NCBI GenBank assembly: GCA_963795855.1
Contig: CAWCIZ010000001.1
Location: 224,001 to 288,000, forward strand
DNA: 64,000 nt
Origin: Vulcanimicrobiota bacterium
GTDB lineage: Bacteria > Vulcanimicrobiota > Vulcanimicrobiia > Vulcanimicrobiales > Vulcanimicrobiaceae
Reading direction: 5' to 3'
The notes under the pieces are model-generated. The model saw nothing but the letters and a program-made list of their open reading frames with translations, was not told the origin of the DNA and ran no database searches. A program made the position numbers and the translations under genes. Shown piece by piece: positions 1 to 10,481 of the stretch; the stretch's first letter is position 1; every line of letters begins with the position of its first letter.

Positions 1-560
1 ACGTCGATACCATCGGCCCGCGCTGGATTATCACGGGCGGTTTGGCGCTCGGCGCGATCGGCGCTTTTTTGGTTGGACGCGTTACACCGGCCGATCAGCA
101 GGCGCAATGGACCGTGCTCCTTCCGTCTTTCGTGCTCATCGGCTTGGGCTTGGGCAGCGCGAACGCGCCAATCAACACGGTTGCGGTCGGAACCGCCGAC
201 CCCGGAAAAGCCGGCGTTGCATCGGGTATCGTCAACGTCTGCCGGCAAATCGGAACCGCATTCGGCATCGCATTCCTCGGCGTATTTTTGACCACGCAGT
301 ATGACGGCGCGCTCGCGAAGCAGCATCTTTCACCGGCCGTTACGCGTGCCGTTCAAAAAGCGGGTCCGCAGGCCGGAAGCGGAGGGTTGCAGCAGGCGCC
401 GCCGCGCATCAAACGTCTGCCGATTTTCCCGCAGATTTCGCATGAAACCCGCGCTGCATGGATTGAAAGCTTCGCGCTGACGATGCGCGTCGCGGCGCTG
501 TTCATCGCCGCGGGCGCGATAGTCGCCGCGGTGACCATTCGAAAACGCGATCTGCGTTAG
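1..560 (+). CDS. MFS transporter (DHA2/EmrB-like), C-terminal part, 5' truncated by the window edge
   Basis: Hydrophobic helices; GVASGIVNVCRQIGTAFGIA motif typical of the C-terminal half of DHA2 transporters. Confidence 0.85.
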   Translation, partial: VDTIGPRWIITGGLALGAIGAFLVGRVTPADQQAQWTVLLPSFVLIGLGLGSANAPINTVAVGTADPGKAGVASGIVNVCRQIGTAFGIAFLGVFLTTQYDGALAKQHLSPAVTRAVQKAGPQAGSGGLQQAPPRIKRLPIFPQISHETRAAWIESFALTMRVAALFIAAGAIVAAVTIRKRDLR

Positions 561-1405
561 GTTCCTTCGGGAAATTTGCCGTCGCGCACGTCGCCGGCGT
601 ATGCGCGGAGCGCTTCGGTCGCGACGTTGCCGATCTGCGCGTATTGCTTGACGAAACTCGGGGGGTTTGGATACATGCCGAGCACGTCGTAGAGCACGAG
701 CACTTGCGAATCGCAGTGCGGTCCCGATCCGATGCCTATCGTGGGGATCGAAAGCGCTTGCGTAATTTCGCGCGCTACGGCGTGATCGATCACCTCGAGC
801 ACGATCGCATAGGCGCCCGCGGCTTCAACGGCTCTCGCATCGGCGAGCAGCCGTTCGCGGTTGCTGCGAATTTTGTATCCTGGTCCCAGGCCCGCGGTTT
901 GCGGCATGATGCCGATGTGTCCGACGACGGGAATGCCGGCGCCGTAGATTGCGCGGATGCGATGCGCGACTTCCGTGCCGCCTTCCATTTTGACCGAACA
1001 CGCGCCGCCTTCTTTCACCAAACGAATGGCGCTGCGGATCGCGTCTTCATCGCTTACTTGATAAGAACCGAACGGCATGTCGACCATCACGTGCGCGTGC
1101 GCGGTGCCGCGGCATACCGCCTGCGCGTGATGAATCATGTCGTCGAGCGTGACCGGCGTGGTTTCATCGTGCCCCAGCACGACGTTCCCGAGGCTGTCGC
1201 CGACCAGGATCACGTCGATGCCCGCCAGTTCCGCGAATTCGGCGAACGGCGCGTCGTACGCGGTCACGATTGGAAAAAGCGTCTTGCCTTTGCGGCGTTT
1301 GATCGCTCCGGCGGTCACGCGCCGAAGCGTGCGCTTTTCCGGGACGTACGGGCGCGAGTCGTGGCCGTCCGAGGCATGCCGCCCGCGAGGTGAAACCGTG
1401 CTCAC
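557..1405 (-). CDS. panB: 3-methyl-2-oxobutanoate hydroxymethyltransferase
   Basis: VTAYD, ILVGDSLG, DMPFGSY, VKMEGG and PTIGIGSG motifs. Confidence 0.97.
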   Translation of the reverse strand: MSTVSPRGRHASDGHDSRPYVPEKRTLRRVTAGAIKRRKGKTLFPIVTAYDAPFAEFAELAGIDVILVGDSLGNVVLGHDETTPVTLDDMIHHAQAVCRGTAHAHVMVDMPFGSYQVSDEDAIRSAIRLVKEGGACSVKMEGGTEVAHRIRAIYGAGIPVVGHIGIMPQTAGLGPGYKIRSNRERLLADARAVEAAGAYAIVLEVIDHAVAREITQALSIPTIGIGSGPHCDSQVLVLYDVLGMYPNPPSFVKQYAQIGNVATEALRAYAGDVRDGKFPEGT

Positions 1406-1548
1406 ACGCTGAGCCTTCTGCGCTGCCCGGTAAAGGCCCCCGGGCAGTGACGCTAAGCATTTCCTTACGGCGGGGGAGGCACCGGCTTAACCATCGCGGG
1501 CGTATACTTGCCTCACCACCACCCGCTTAGAGCAAGAAGGGTATTCGT

Positions 1549-2100
1549 ATGTTGCTTCTCCGCGCGGCCGCTCTCGCAGTGGCTGCATCGTTATTATCAT
1601 CGGCCGGCGTTTTCGCACAGGTCGAAAGCACGCCGATTCCGATGAGCCCGAAACCGGACTTTTCGAAGCTGTCCTACATGTCCGGCAACGTGCGCTGCAG
1701 CGTCAAGAGTTCGAGGCGTCCCAGCGCATATATAACCACTTCCACGTCGAACGTCAGCAGCGACGGGTATTGGATGACCGTGCGAAGCACGACGCACAAG
1801 GCGTCTTGGATTCCCCGGGAACTCACGAGCGTGGACCGCGTGACGTACGATCCGTCCACGTCGCGTTGGGTCGACATCAACACCGACGACGAAGGCGGCT
1901 ACAACGTGAGCACGTCGCCGGGTTGGCGCGGCAACACCATCACCTGGACCGACGCCGTGATTACGAAAGCCAATGCGACTGCATCGACGAGTCCTACCGT
2001 CGTCACGAAGGTGAACGATTCCAGAAGCACCGCGAAGTCGTCGTTCAGAGAACCGTCGGGACGCATGGTCACGGTCTCGACTGTCTGTACGAAATCTTAG
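1549..2100 (+). CDS. Hypothetical secreted beta-rich protein
   Basis: Signal peptide ending VFA-Q, purine-rich upstream RBS, followed by a terminator. Confidence 0.75.
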   Translation: MLLLRAAALAVAASLLSSAGVFAQVESTPIPMSPKPDFSKLSYMSGNVRCSVKSSRRPSAYITTSTSNVSSDGYWMTVRSTTHKASWIPRELTSVDRVTYDPSTSRWVDINTDDEGGYNVSTSPGWRGNTITWTDAVITKANATASTSPTVVTKVNDSRSTAKSSFREPSGRMVTVSTVCTKS

Positions 2101-2105
2101 ACCAT

Positions 2106-2135
2106 AAAAGGCCCCGCATTCGCGGGGCCTTTTTT
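2106..2135. terminator. Bidirectional intrinsic terminator
   Basis: AAAAGGCCCCGC-attc-GCGGGGCCTTTTTT between convergent genes. Confidence 0.9.
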
Positions 2136-2148
2136 CCGGACGAGCCCG

Positions 2149-3681
2149 CTAGACGCCCGCCGTTTTCTTCGCCGTTCCGTTCGCGTGGATCACCGGCGAA
2201 CCCGCGAGCTGTTCGACGAGTGAGAGGAACGCGCGCACCGGCGTGCCGGTCGGGCCTTTGGCTTGCCATGACGATTCACCCTCGAGATAGGCGGTGCCGG
2301 CGATGTCGAGGTGAATCCACGGAGTTTCGTCCACGAACGCTTTGAGAAACGCCGAGGCGGTCAGCGTTCCGGCCGGCCTTCCGCCGGTGTTCTTCAAGTC
2401 GGCGATGTCGCTCTTCATTTGGTTCGTGTAGTCTTCGTAGAGCGGCATGTGCCAATAGCGCTCGCCGGTCGGTTTGGCCGCGCCCAGGAATTGCTGGACG
2501 AAGTCGTCGTTGTTGCTGACGGCAGCGCTGGCCGCATGGCCGAGCGCGATGACGCACGCGCCGGTCAGCGTTGCAGCGTCCACGATTCTGCTCGCGCCGA
2601 CTTTGTTCGCGTAGCAGAGTGCGTCCGCGAGAATCAACCGCCCTTCGGCGTCGGTGTTGATCACTTCGATCGTCTTGCCGTTCATCGCGGTGAAGATGTC
2701 GCCGGGTTTCGTCGCCCTGCCGCCGGGCATGTTTTCCGTCGCGGGAACGATGCCGACGACGTTGAGTTTGGGTTTCAACTTTCCGATTGCGGTCATTGCC
2801 GCAATGACGCCCGCGCCGCCCGACATGTCGTACTTCATCTCTTCCATGCGCTCGGCCGGCTTGATCGAGATGCCGCCGCTGTCGAACGTGATGCCTTTGC
2901 CGACGAGCGCGAGCAGCTCTTTGTTTCCAGGATCGCCGGTATACTTGAGGACGATGAATTTTGGCGGCTGCGAGCTGCCTTGAGCCACCGAAAGAAACGA
3001 TCCCATGCCTTCCTTGCGACAGCGGTCTTCATCGAAAACGTCGACTTCCAAGCCGCTCTCTTTTGCGGCTTTCGTCGCCTCGTCGGCAAGACGCGTCGGC
3101 GTCATGTCGTTGGCCGGCGTGATGGCCAAGCGGCGCGCGAAGTTCACCGCGTCGCCCAGAATTTGTCCGCGGTCCGCGCCTTTGCGAAGCGCCGCTTCGT
3201 CGAAACCTTGCGCTAAGATCGTAACCTTTTCGGCCCCGCTGCGCTTGTCGGGATCTTTCTGGTACAGCGTGGTATCGAACGCGCCCGCCGTCGCGCCTTC
3301 AATCAAGAACGAAGCGCAAGCGGTTTCGTCGCCTTTTGCTTGCTGGGGAAGCGCGAACGCAACGTCGCGCACGTTCTTGCGCCCGAGGTGCCGCACGGCG
3401 GTACCGGCGTAACGCGCGAGCATCCACGGCTCGAATTTGGAAGCTTCGCCCAATCCGATCAGCAGAACGCGGTTGTACGGCTTGCCGTGCGCGTGGACCA
3501 AACTCGATTCGCAGAGTTTGCCTTTGATCTCGCCCGAGGAAAGTACCTCGGCAACGGCGCCGTTCAATTCGCCGTCGATGCTCTTTGCGACGCCCTCCAG
3601 CGCAGCGCCCGAGAACACAGGGACTACCAGCGCTCCGATGCTGCCCGGCGCATCGGTAACGATACGAACTTGCATGGTCAA
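2149..3681 (-). CDS. pepA: Leucyl aminopeptidase (M17)
   Basis: VGKGITFDSGG, MKYDMSG, NTDAEGRL and WIHLDIAG motifs. Confidence 0.96.
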   Translation of the reverse strand: MTMQVRIVTDAPGSIGALVVPVFSGAALEGVAKSIDGELNGAVAEVLSSGEIKGKLCESSLVHAHGKPYNRVLLIGLGEASKFEPWMLARYAGTAVRHLGRKNVRDVAFALPQQAKGDETACASFLIEGATAGAFDTTLYQKDPDKRSGAEKVTILAQGFDEAALRKGADRGQILGDAVNFARRLAITPANDMTPTRLADEATKAAKESGLEVDVFDEDRCRKEGMGSFLSVAQGSSQPPKFIVLKYTGDPGNKELLALVGKGITFDSGGISIKPAERMEEMKYDMSGGAGVIAAMTAIGKLKPKLNVVGIVPATENMPGGRATKPGDIFTAMNGKTIEVINTDAEGRLILADALCYANKVGASRIVDAATLTGACVIALGHAASAAVSNNDDFVQQFLGAAKPTGERYWHMPLYEDYTNQMKSDIADLKNTGGRPAGTLTASAFLKAFVDETPWIHLDIAGTAYLEGESSWQAKGPTGTPVRAFLSLVEQLAGSPVIHANGTAKKTAGV

Positions 3682-3776
3682 CCTTTCGATAGGGTGAAAC
3701 GTAAGGGCCGTGATGGCAGACCGACTGTTTTATCGCCTCGTGCTACCCGGCCCTCCGGGCCGAGCGGGAGGCCGCG

Positions 3777-4796
3777 TTGTCTAAGGACGCGTATGCGGCC
3801 GCCGGGGTCGACATCGCTGCCGGAAACGAGGCAGTGGCGCGCTACAAGGACGTCACCCAAGCATGGCGGCATCCGCTGCAGCTCGATGCGATAGGCGGCT
3901 TCGGCGGCCTTTTTCGCGTCCCCGGCGATGAAGGACGGGCGCTCGTCGCTTCTGCGGACGGCGTCGGCACGAAAATCCTGATTGCCGCTCGGATGCGGCG
4001 GTACGGCACGGTGGGCGCCGACCTGGTCAATCATTGCGTGAACGACATTTTGGTGGTCAATGCATCGCCGTTGTTCTTCCTCGACTATCTCGCGGTCGGA
4101 AAGCTCGATCCGGCCATGGCGGCGGAGGTAGTGCGCGGCTGCTTTGAGGCGTGCCGCGAAAACGCGTGCGCGCTGCTGGGCGGGGAAACGGCCGAGATGC
4201 CCGGGCTGTATACGCCCGGCGATTTCGATCTGGCCGGCACGATCGTCGGCATCGTCGAGACGGCGGACGTGCCGGATCCGCGCAGCGTTCGAGCGGGAGA
4301 TGCCGTCGTCGGCTTGCCGTCGATCGGACTGCACACGAACGGCTACACGTTGGCGCGCAAACTGATTCCGGAAGACGAGTACGACGCACCGTTTGCAGAA
4401 ACGACGTACGGCGATGCGTTGCTGGCGATCCATCCGTCGTACTACGCGGAGGTGCGTGCAATACAGAAAGTCGCGAGCGTAAAAGTGATGGCGCACATCA
4501 CCGGCGGCGGTCTGCTCGAGAACGTGCCGCGTACGCTTCCGACCAACGTCAAAGCCGTGTTCGAGCAATCGCGCTGGCAGGTTCCACCGATCGTTCTCGA
4601 ATTGTGCGCCCGCGGCAACCTGCAGCACGAGGAGAAGTACCGGACGTTCAACATGGGGATCGGCTACACGCTGGTCGTGCCGCTCGCCGACGCCGCGAAA
4701 GCGGTGCAAGCCGTGCCCGGCGCCAAAATCATCGGCTGGATCGAAGCGCGCGTCGAAGGAGAAGCGCAAGTCGTCGTTCATCCGGCGCGCAGTTGA
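3777..4796 (+). CDS. purM: Phosphoribosylformylglycinamidine cyclo-ligase (TTG start)
   Basis: YAAAGVDI, DGVGTK, GGETAEMPG, AHITGGG and TFNMGIG motifs. Confidence 0.97.
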   Translation: MSKDAYAAAGVDIAAGNEAVARYKDVTQAWRHPLQLDAIGGFGGLFRVPGDEGRALVASADGVGTKILIAARMRRYGTVGADLVNHCVNDILVVNASPLFFLDYLAVGKLDPAMAAEVVRGCFEACRENACALLGGETAEMPGLYTPGDFDLAGTIVGIVETADVPDPRSVRAGDAVVGLPSIGLHTNGYTLARKLIPEDEYDAPFAETTYGDALLAIHPSYYAEVRAIQKVASVKVMAHITGGGLLENVPRTLPTNVKAVFEQSRWQVPPIVLELCARGNLQHEEKYRTFNMGIGYTLVVPLADAAKAVQAVPGAKIIGWIEARVEGEAQVVVHPARS

Positions 4797-5929
4797 TGGA
4801 CGATCTGGTCAATCTGCTCGTCGATCTGCAGAGTGCGCAGTTCGACGAGGATGCGCTTGCGCGCGCGCTCCGCGGCATCGAGAGCGCGGGCTTTTCCGTG
4901 CAGCGCGCCGCGCCGGGGAACGAAGCGTACCTCGCGTGGATCGACCTGGAATTCGGCGGGACCTGGAGTTCCGAAGCGTTCGCGGGGAAAAGCGTCATCG
5001 CTGCTTCCGGCAATGGCTTCGCGGGGTTCGCTGCGTACGATCCGCGCGGTTTGCGTTTCTCGTGGCTGCGCGGTTTGGGCGCGCAGCCGGGCGTCGGCGT
5101 CTTCGGACCGTTCGGCGTCGCACCGGAGATGCGCGGTTCGCCCATCGGTCCGCATCTGCTCGTCGCGGCGCTCGCCTCGCTCCGTGAAGCGGGCTATACG
5201 CAGGCGCTCATTCCGGCCGTGGGTCACGAGAAGCTCGTCGAGTATTACGGCAAACATGCGGGCGCGCGCATCGCCGAACGATTCAAAAAAACGCAGTGGC
5301 GCGCGCGCAAACACCGCACGGTCGTGCTGGCTTCCGGAAGCGGCACGAATTTCCAATCCGTGATCGACGGCGTTGCCGCAGGAACCCTACCGTTGGATCC
5401 GGCGCTCCTCGTCACCAATAAAAGCAGCGCGTATGCGCTCGAACGCGCACGCGCGGCGGGCGTCCCGGCGGTCGCACTGCCGTGGGACCGTAACGCGCAA
5501 TCGCGCTCGCTTTACGATGCGTCGCTCTACGAACTCGTGCAGCGGCAAGAGCCGGAATTGCTGCTGCTGCTGGGTTGGATGCACGTGCTGCCCGATCGCT
5601 TCGTCGCAGCGTTTCCACAGACGATCAACATTCATCCGGCGTACCTGCCGCTGGATCAGCGAAGCGACGAGGTCGGATTTCCGGACGGCTCCGTCACGCC
5701 GGCATTCCGGGGCGCGTACGCAGTTCGCGATGCAATCGCGTGGGGAAGCCGCTGGGCCGGCGCGTCGTCGCATTTGGTGACGCTCGAAGCCGATCGCGGT
5801 CCGGTGCTGGTACGCAAACCGCTCGTGCTTTTGCCGGGCGAATCGCAAGAAGCGGTCATGCAGCGTCTGCACCCGCTCGAACATCGCGTGCTCGCCGGCG
5901 GAATCATGCGCTGGGTGTACGAGCGCTGA
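4796..5929 (+). CDS. purN: GNAT-like N-terminal domain fused to GAR transformylase
   Basis: ATG overlaps the purM stop; C-terminal half has VLASGSGTNFQ, NIHPA and DRGP; N-terminal half has a GNAT motif-A-like FGVAPEMRGSPIG. Confidence 0.85.
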   Translation: MDDLVNLLVDLQSAQFDEDALARALRGIESAGFSVQRAAPGNEAYLAWIDLEFGGTWSSEAFAGKSVIAASGNGFAGFAAYDPRGLRFSWLRGLGAQPGVGVFGPFGVAPEMRGSPIGPHLLVAALASLREAGYTQALIPAVGHEKLVEYYGKHAGARIAERFKKTQWRARKHRTVVLASGSGTNFQSVIDGVAAGTLPLDPALLVTNKSSAYALERARAAGVPAVALPWDRNAQSRSLYDASLYELVQRQEPELLLLLGWMHVLPDRFVAAFPQTINIHPAYLPLDQRSDEVGFPDGSVTPAFRGAYAVRDAIAWGSRWAGASSHLVTLEADRGPVLVRKPLVLLPGESQEAVMQRLHPLEHRVLAGGIMRWVYER

Positions 5930-5933
5930 GGTT

Positions 5934-6764
5934 TTAGATCGTCCCGCGGTAAAAGCGCGCTTTGAGGTCCGCGAAACGCGGCGAGAGCGCGACGAAATTC
6001 GAATATTCGAAATACTCTTCGTACAAGCCGTAATTCAGCGAGTACAAGCCGTCGCGCTTGAGAACGAACACTTCATAGCCGCAGCGCTGCAAAAAACTCA
6101 TCGCGGCGTACAGCGTGTCGCCGGCGAGCTGCCAACTGCGGTTGTATTCGAATTGCACCGCGCCGACGCGTCCGGCCTCGAGATGACGGCGCGCACCGAT
6201 CAGCACGCGCATGTCGTAGCCTTCCGCGTCGATCTTGAGCAAGTCGACGCGCTCCCAGCCCGCTGCGGCGATCTCGTCGTCCAAGCGCACGACGTCGACG
6301 GTGCGTTTGAATCCCGCGCCCGCGCCGAACCCGGAAACGATCGAACTCCCTTTGCCGGCTTCATATTCTTCGAAAAACTCGAGCTGCGCGGTTTGGTCGC
6401 CGGCCGCGCAGTTCTTCAGCGTGACGTTGGCGTTGCCGCCGAAGCGCTGCGAGAGGCGCGCGAATGCGCTGGAAGACGGTTCGTACGCGAGGGCGGAAAA
6501 CGGCTCGCCGGCCCGCAGTAGCGCAATCGAGGCCAGCCAGTCGCCGACGTTCGCGCCGACGTCCACGACGTACGCGCACTCCGCGGCCAGCGCTTGACGC
6601 AGCCACACCTCGCCCGTTTCGTTTACGTCCGGGCTTTCTGCCAGGCGGTATTTGATGATGCAGCGGCACTGGTTGCGGACGAGCACGGCAAGACGCACGA
6701 GGGCCGGAGAATGCGCGACCGCTCGCTGCGCTCGATCTGCCCAGCGAAGGAAGTACCGCTTCAT
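5934..6764 (-). CDS. FkbM family methyltransferase
   Basis: VDVGANVG, YEP and LLKIDAEGYD motifs. Confidence 0.92.
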   Translation of the reverse strand: MKRYFLRWADRAQRAVAHSPALVRLAVLVRNQCRCIIKYRLAESPDVNETGEVWLRQALAAECAYVVDVGANVGDWLASIALLRAGEPFSALAYEPSSSAFARLSQRFGGNANVTLKNCAAGDQTAQLEFFEEYEAGKGSSIVSGFGAGAGFKRTVDVVRLDDEIAAAGWERVDLLKIDAEGYDMRVLIGARRHLEAGRVGAVQFEYNRSWQLAGDTLYAAMSFLQRCGYEVFVLKRDGLYSLNYGLYEEYFEYSNFVALSPRFADLKARFYRGTI

Positions 6765-6865
6765 GTCCTAGCCGTCTCGACTAGGTCCGCGCAATTCCTG
6801 CCGGTGGGAAAGCTTCGATGGGAAGCGAAGAAGCGCAGACCTTCTCGTCGATGGGGTGTCCACGG

Positions 6866-9499
6866 TTGAAACGTTTGGCTTTATTGATAAGCGCCCTTGG
6901 GGTTTTTCTATTCCCCGCGGCGGCGCATGCCGCGCAGCCTGCGGCGCCTCAGGCGGCGCACGGTCCGGCATCATCCGAGGGCAGCTCGCTCGTGCCGTAT
7001 TCGAAATTCACGGAAGGTGCGACCGCGCAGCGCGGATTGTTCACGATCTGGCGTAAAGACGGCAACGTCGCGATCGAACTGCGTCCCGATCAATTCAACA
7101 CCGACTACGTCGAACTCGGCGTTCCGGTGAACGGCATCGGCAGCGGCGGCATCTTCTCCGGCATCACCGATCTGCAGAACTGCCGCATCATGCGGTTCGT
7201 GAAGCAAGACGATCGCGTTGCACTGCTTTTCCCCACGACGCGCTTTCTGGCCGCGCCGAATTCGCCCGAAGCCAATGCGGTCGCCGCAGGCACCGCAAAC
7301 ACCGTAGCGGGCGTAGCGAAGGTACTCTCGGTCGATGACGCGACGGGAGACGTCGTCTTCGACGCGTCTCCGCTGCTGCAAGACATCACGGACGTAGCCG
7401 ACGTTCTCACGCAGCTCAACGGCGGGCGCCAACTGAATCCGATGGGCAGCTACCGGTTGGATTCGATGCAGACGTACTTCGGAACGACGAAATCATTTCC
7501 GGACAACGTCGTGCTCGTGGCAAACCAAACGTTCAGCACGATGAATCCGCAGTACATCGACGCCGTGCCGGACGGACGCAACATCCAAATCCAGCTGCAG
7601 TACAACATCGCGGCGCTTCCGCAAAACGACGGCTATATGCCGCGCTACTACGACGATCGCGTCGGCTATTTCGTCAACTCGCATCAAGACTTCAGCACCG
7701 ACGACACCTTCGACAAAGACGCCAACTACATCGTGCGCTGGAACGTTCAGGCTTCGGATCCGTCCAAGCGCGTCTCGCCGGCCAAAACGCCGATCGTGTA
7801 CTATTTGAGCGACACCATTCCGGTGCGTTACCGTCCCGCGATTCGCAAGGCGCTGCTGACCTGGAACAAGGCGTTTCTGCCGCTCGGCATCTCCGACGCG
7901 GTCGAAGTCAAAGATCAGCCCAACGATCCGAATTTCGATCCCGACGACATCCGGTACAACGTGATCCGCTGGCTTACCGAAGAGCAAGGCGGATTCGCCG
8001 AAGCGCAGCTGCTCTATAACCCGTATACGGGCGAGATGATCAAGAGCGGCGTCGTCATCGACAGCGATCTCATGCGCTACGGCAAGTTCGACTATCCGGT
8101 GCTCGTGCAGCCGCAGCACGGCACGCAAGCGCTGCGAGCCCGCATGGCAAGCGAATACACCCAAGGCGAGCGCGCGCAGTTCTCGTACGGCATGGCGGCG
8201 CTTTCGATCATGTCGGGGCAAAACGGCTACTACGTTCCGGACAAGTTCGCCAACGAGTTCCTGGAATCGATCGTTTTGCACGAGTCCGGGCACGATTTCG
8301 GGCTGCGTCACAACTACATCGGGTCGGAAGCGTACACGGCGGCGCAGCTGCGCAGCCCAGCGTTTACGCAGCGTTACGGCGTCGCGACCTCCGTCATGGA
8401 GTATTCGCCGATGAACCTTTGGCCGAAGGGCCAAGGGCAGGGCGAGTACTTCCAAACGGTGCTCGGCCCGTACGACTACTACGTCATTCATTGGGGATAC
8501 GCGCGCATTCCGGGCGCTAAGTCGCCCGACATGGAGCGTTCCACGCTCAGCCATTGGGCCGCGCAGTGGAACAATCCGCACGACGCGTGGTCGTCCGATG
8601 AAGATACGGACTGGTACAGCGGTGCGGCCGTCGATCCGCGCAATCAGCAATGGGATCTGACGAACGACAACATCGCCTGGTGCCGGACGCAGATGAAGAT
8701 GGATCACGACCTCATCGGCAAGGTGGACAGCCGTTTCCCGCGCGCCGAAGGTTCGTTCGACGACCTGCGCATGGCGTTTGGCTCGCTCGTCGGCCAGTAC
8801 GGCCGGTGCGCGCAAATCGTCGGCCGCTACATCGGCGGCGAGTACGTCTCGCGCTCCAAGCGCGGCGACGGGCGCACGGCGATGCCGCTTTCGCCCATTC
8901 CGAAGAGCGAACAGCTGCGTGCGTTCAAGGTGCTGGAATCGAACCTGTTTTCGGCGCAGGCGTGGAACTTCTCGCCGCAACTGCTGCGTCAGGCCGTCAC
9001 GCAATACCGCTACGACGATTGGAACGGAAATCTGCCGCTGCGGCACGACATCGCCGTCGAACAGATTGCCGCGCGATATCAATACATGTCGCTCGTCCGC
9101 ATGTTCGCACCCGTAACGCTGCAGCGTCTCGACGACATGCAATACAAGTACGGAGAGGGCAAGACGATGGATCTTGCGGATCTGTTCACGTGGATGCAGT
9201 CGGCGGTGTACGACGACGTTTCGCACCCGAAGCACGGAAACATTCCGCTGGTTCGGCGGAACCTGCAGCGCAACTACGCCGCGCTGCTCTCCGAACTGGC
9301 CGCGCAGCCGCAACCCGGAACGCCGCAAGATGCGCAAGCGCTCGCGCGGTACGAGCTCGCGGCGCTGCACGGACAAATTCAGAGTTCGCTCCGTTCGAAC
9401 ACGCTGGATTTGATCACGAAAGCGCATTTGGCATCGCTCGACGACGACGTCCAGCGCACGCTTCATTCCCAGGCGGTGATTCCGGCCGGGCGGATGTAA
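6866..9499 (+). CDS. Secreted zinc-dependent metalloprotease (DUF5117/DUF4953 type)
   Basis: Signal peptide from TTG 6866; DDRVGYF, HESGHDFGLRHN, SVMEY and GPYDYY motifs. Confidence 0.9.
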   Translation: MKRLALLISALGVFLFPAAAHAAQPAAPQAAHGPASSEGSSLVPYSKFTEGATAQRGLFTIWRKDGNVAIELRPDQFNTDYVELGVPVNGIGSGGIFSGITDLQNCRIMRFVKQDDRVALLFPTTRFLAAPNSPEANAVAAGTANTVAGVAKVLSVDDATGDVVFDASPLLQDITDVADVLTQLNGGRQLNPMGSYRLDSMQTYFGTTKSFPDNVVLVANQTFSTMNPQYIDAVPDGRNIQIQLQYNIAALPQNDGYMPRYYDDRVGYFVNSHQDFSTDDTFDKDANYIVRWNVQASDPSKRVSPAKTPIVYYLSDTIPVRYRPAIRKALLTWNKAFLPLGISDAVEVKDQPNDPNFDPDDIRYNVIRWLTEEQGGFAEAQLLYNPYTGEMIKSGVVIDSDLMRYGKFDYPVLVQPQHGTQALRARMASEYTQGERAQFSYGMAALSIMSGQNGYYVPDKFANEFLESIVLHESGHDFGLRHNYIGSEAYTAAQLRSPAFTQRYGVATSVMEYSPMNLWPKGQGQGEYFQTVLGPYDYYVIHWGYARIPGAKSPDMERSTLSHWAAQWNNPHDAWSSDEDTDWYSGAAVDPRNQQWDLTNDNIAWCRTQMKMDHDLIGKVDSRFPRAEGSFDDLRMAFGSLVGQYGRCAQIVGRYIGGEYVSRSKRGDGRTAMPLSPIPKSEQLRAFKVLESNLFSAQAWNFSPQLLRQAVTQYRYDDWNGNLPLRHDIAVEQIAARYQYMSLVRMFAPVTLQRLDDMQYKYGEGKTMDLADLFTWMQSAVYDDVSHPKHGNIPLVRRNLQRNYAALLSELAAQPQPGTPQDAQALARYELAALHGQIQSSLRSNTLDLITKAHLASLDDDVQRTLHSQAVIPAGRM

Positions 9500-9504
9500 C
9501 GCTC

Positions 9505-9531
9505 AGGGAACCTCTGATTCAGAGGTTCCCT
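9505..9531. terminator. Perfect inverted repeat between convergent genes (probable terminator)
   Basis: AGGGAACCTCTGA-t-TCAGAGGTTCCCT overlapping the metX stop; no U tract. Confidence 0.6.
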
Positions 9532-10481
9532 AGAATAGACGAGAAGACGTCCGGTTCCGCAAGGAACGCGTCGTGGCCGTGATCGGATTCGATCTCCGCA
9601 TAGCGGCTGTCGTATCCGAGCGACGCAAATCGCTCGGCCGCGGCGCGAACGTCTTTGGGTAGAAAGAGCCAATCCGAACTAATGCCGACGAAGAGGAGCG
9701 ATGGCTTCGCGCCGGTCGGCCGGGCCGATCGCACGTCGAACGAGTCCATCGCTTCGGTGAGCGCGGCGTAGCAGCGCGCGTCCATCCGCGCTTCGAAGAG
9801 ATCGGCTTGATAGTCGAGGTAACCCTCGACGTCGAAGCGGAAACGCCCCTTGCGGTCCGGCCGGCGATCGTGCCGGCGTTTGAACAACGCGTCGCTCTTG
9901 TACGAGAGCATCGCGATCTTGCGCGCGATGCGCAATCCCCCGGCGGAATCCAGCGCGATCGCTTCGCGTTGAATCGAGTTGAGGGCAATGCCCATCGCCG
10001 ACTGATGGTCGTGCGAGCCGACCATGACGGCCCGTTCGACACGTTCGCCGTAATCGAGCGCCCACTGCAGCGCCTGCATACCGCCGAGCGACGCGCCGAT
10101 CGCGAGCGAAAGACGATCGACGCCGAGCCGGTCCAGCGCGCGTGCTTGCGCCGCGACGATGTCGCGCACCGTGACGTGCGGAAAATCCGGTACCGTGGCG
10201 GGACCGCTCGATCCGTAACAACTGCCCAGCGCGTTGATGCCGATGACGTACCAACGTTCGGGGTCGAGCAATTTGCCCGGACCGACCAAGCCGCCCCACC
10301 ATTCGGTGACGCGGCTGCTGCCGGTAAGCGCGTGCGCGACCAAAACCGCGGGCGAACGCGGATCGCCGTACGTGGCGATCCGCTGTTCGACCGTGTCGAG
10401 CCGGCTGCCGTTCGCGAAGGTGAACGGGCCGACGTCGACCGTGAGCTCCCGACATCGCTCCAAATCGTGCGTCACGCTCAC
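9519..10481 (-). CDS. metX: Homoserine O-acetyltransferase
   Basis: HALTG, GASLGGM and HGHDAFL motifs; GTG start overlaps the metY TGA. Confidence 0.92.
   Translation of the reverse strand: MSVTHDLERCRELTVDVGPFTFANGSRLDTVEQRIATYGDPRSPAVLVAHALTGSSRVTEWWGGLVGPGKLLDPERWYVIGINALGSCYGSSGPATVPDFPHVTVRDIVAAQARALDRLGVDRLSLAIGASLGGMQALQWALDYGERVERAVMVGSHDHQSAMGIALNSIQREAIALDSAGGLRIARKIAMLSYKSDALFKRRHDRRPDRKGRFRFDVEGYLDYQADLFEARMDARCYAALTEAMDSFDVRSARPTGAKPSLLFVGISSDWLFLPKDVRAAAERFASLGYDSRYAEIESDHGHDAFLAEPDVFSSILGNL

Noticed and set aside
7493..9466. Long antisense ORFs such as this 657-aa one
   Set aside because: Shadow frames of GC-rich genes, with no recognisable motifs.
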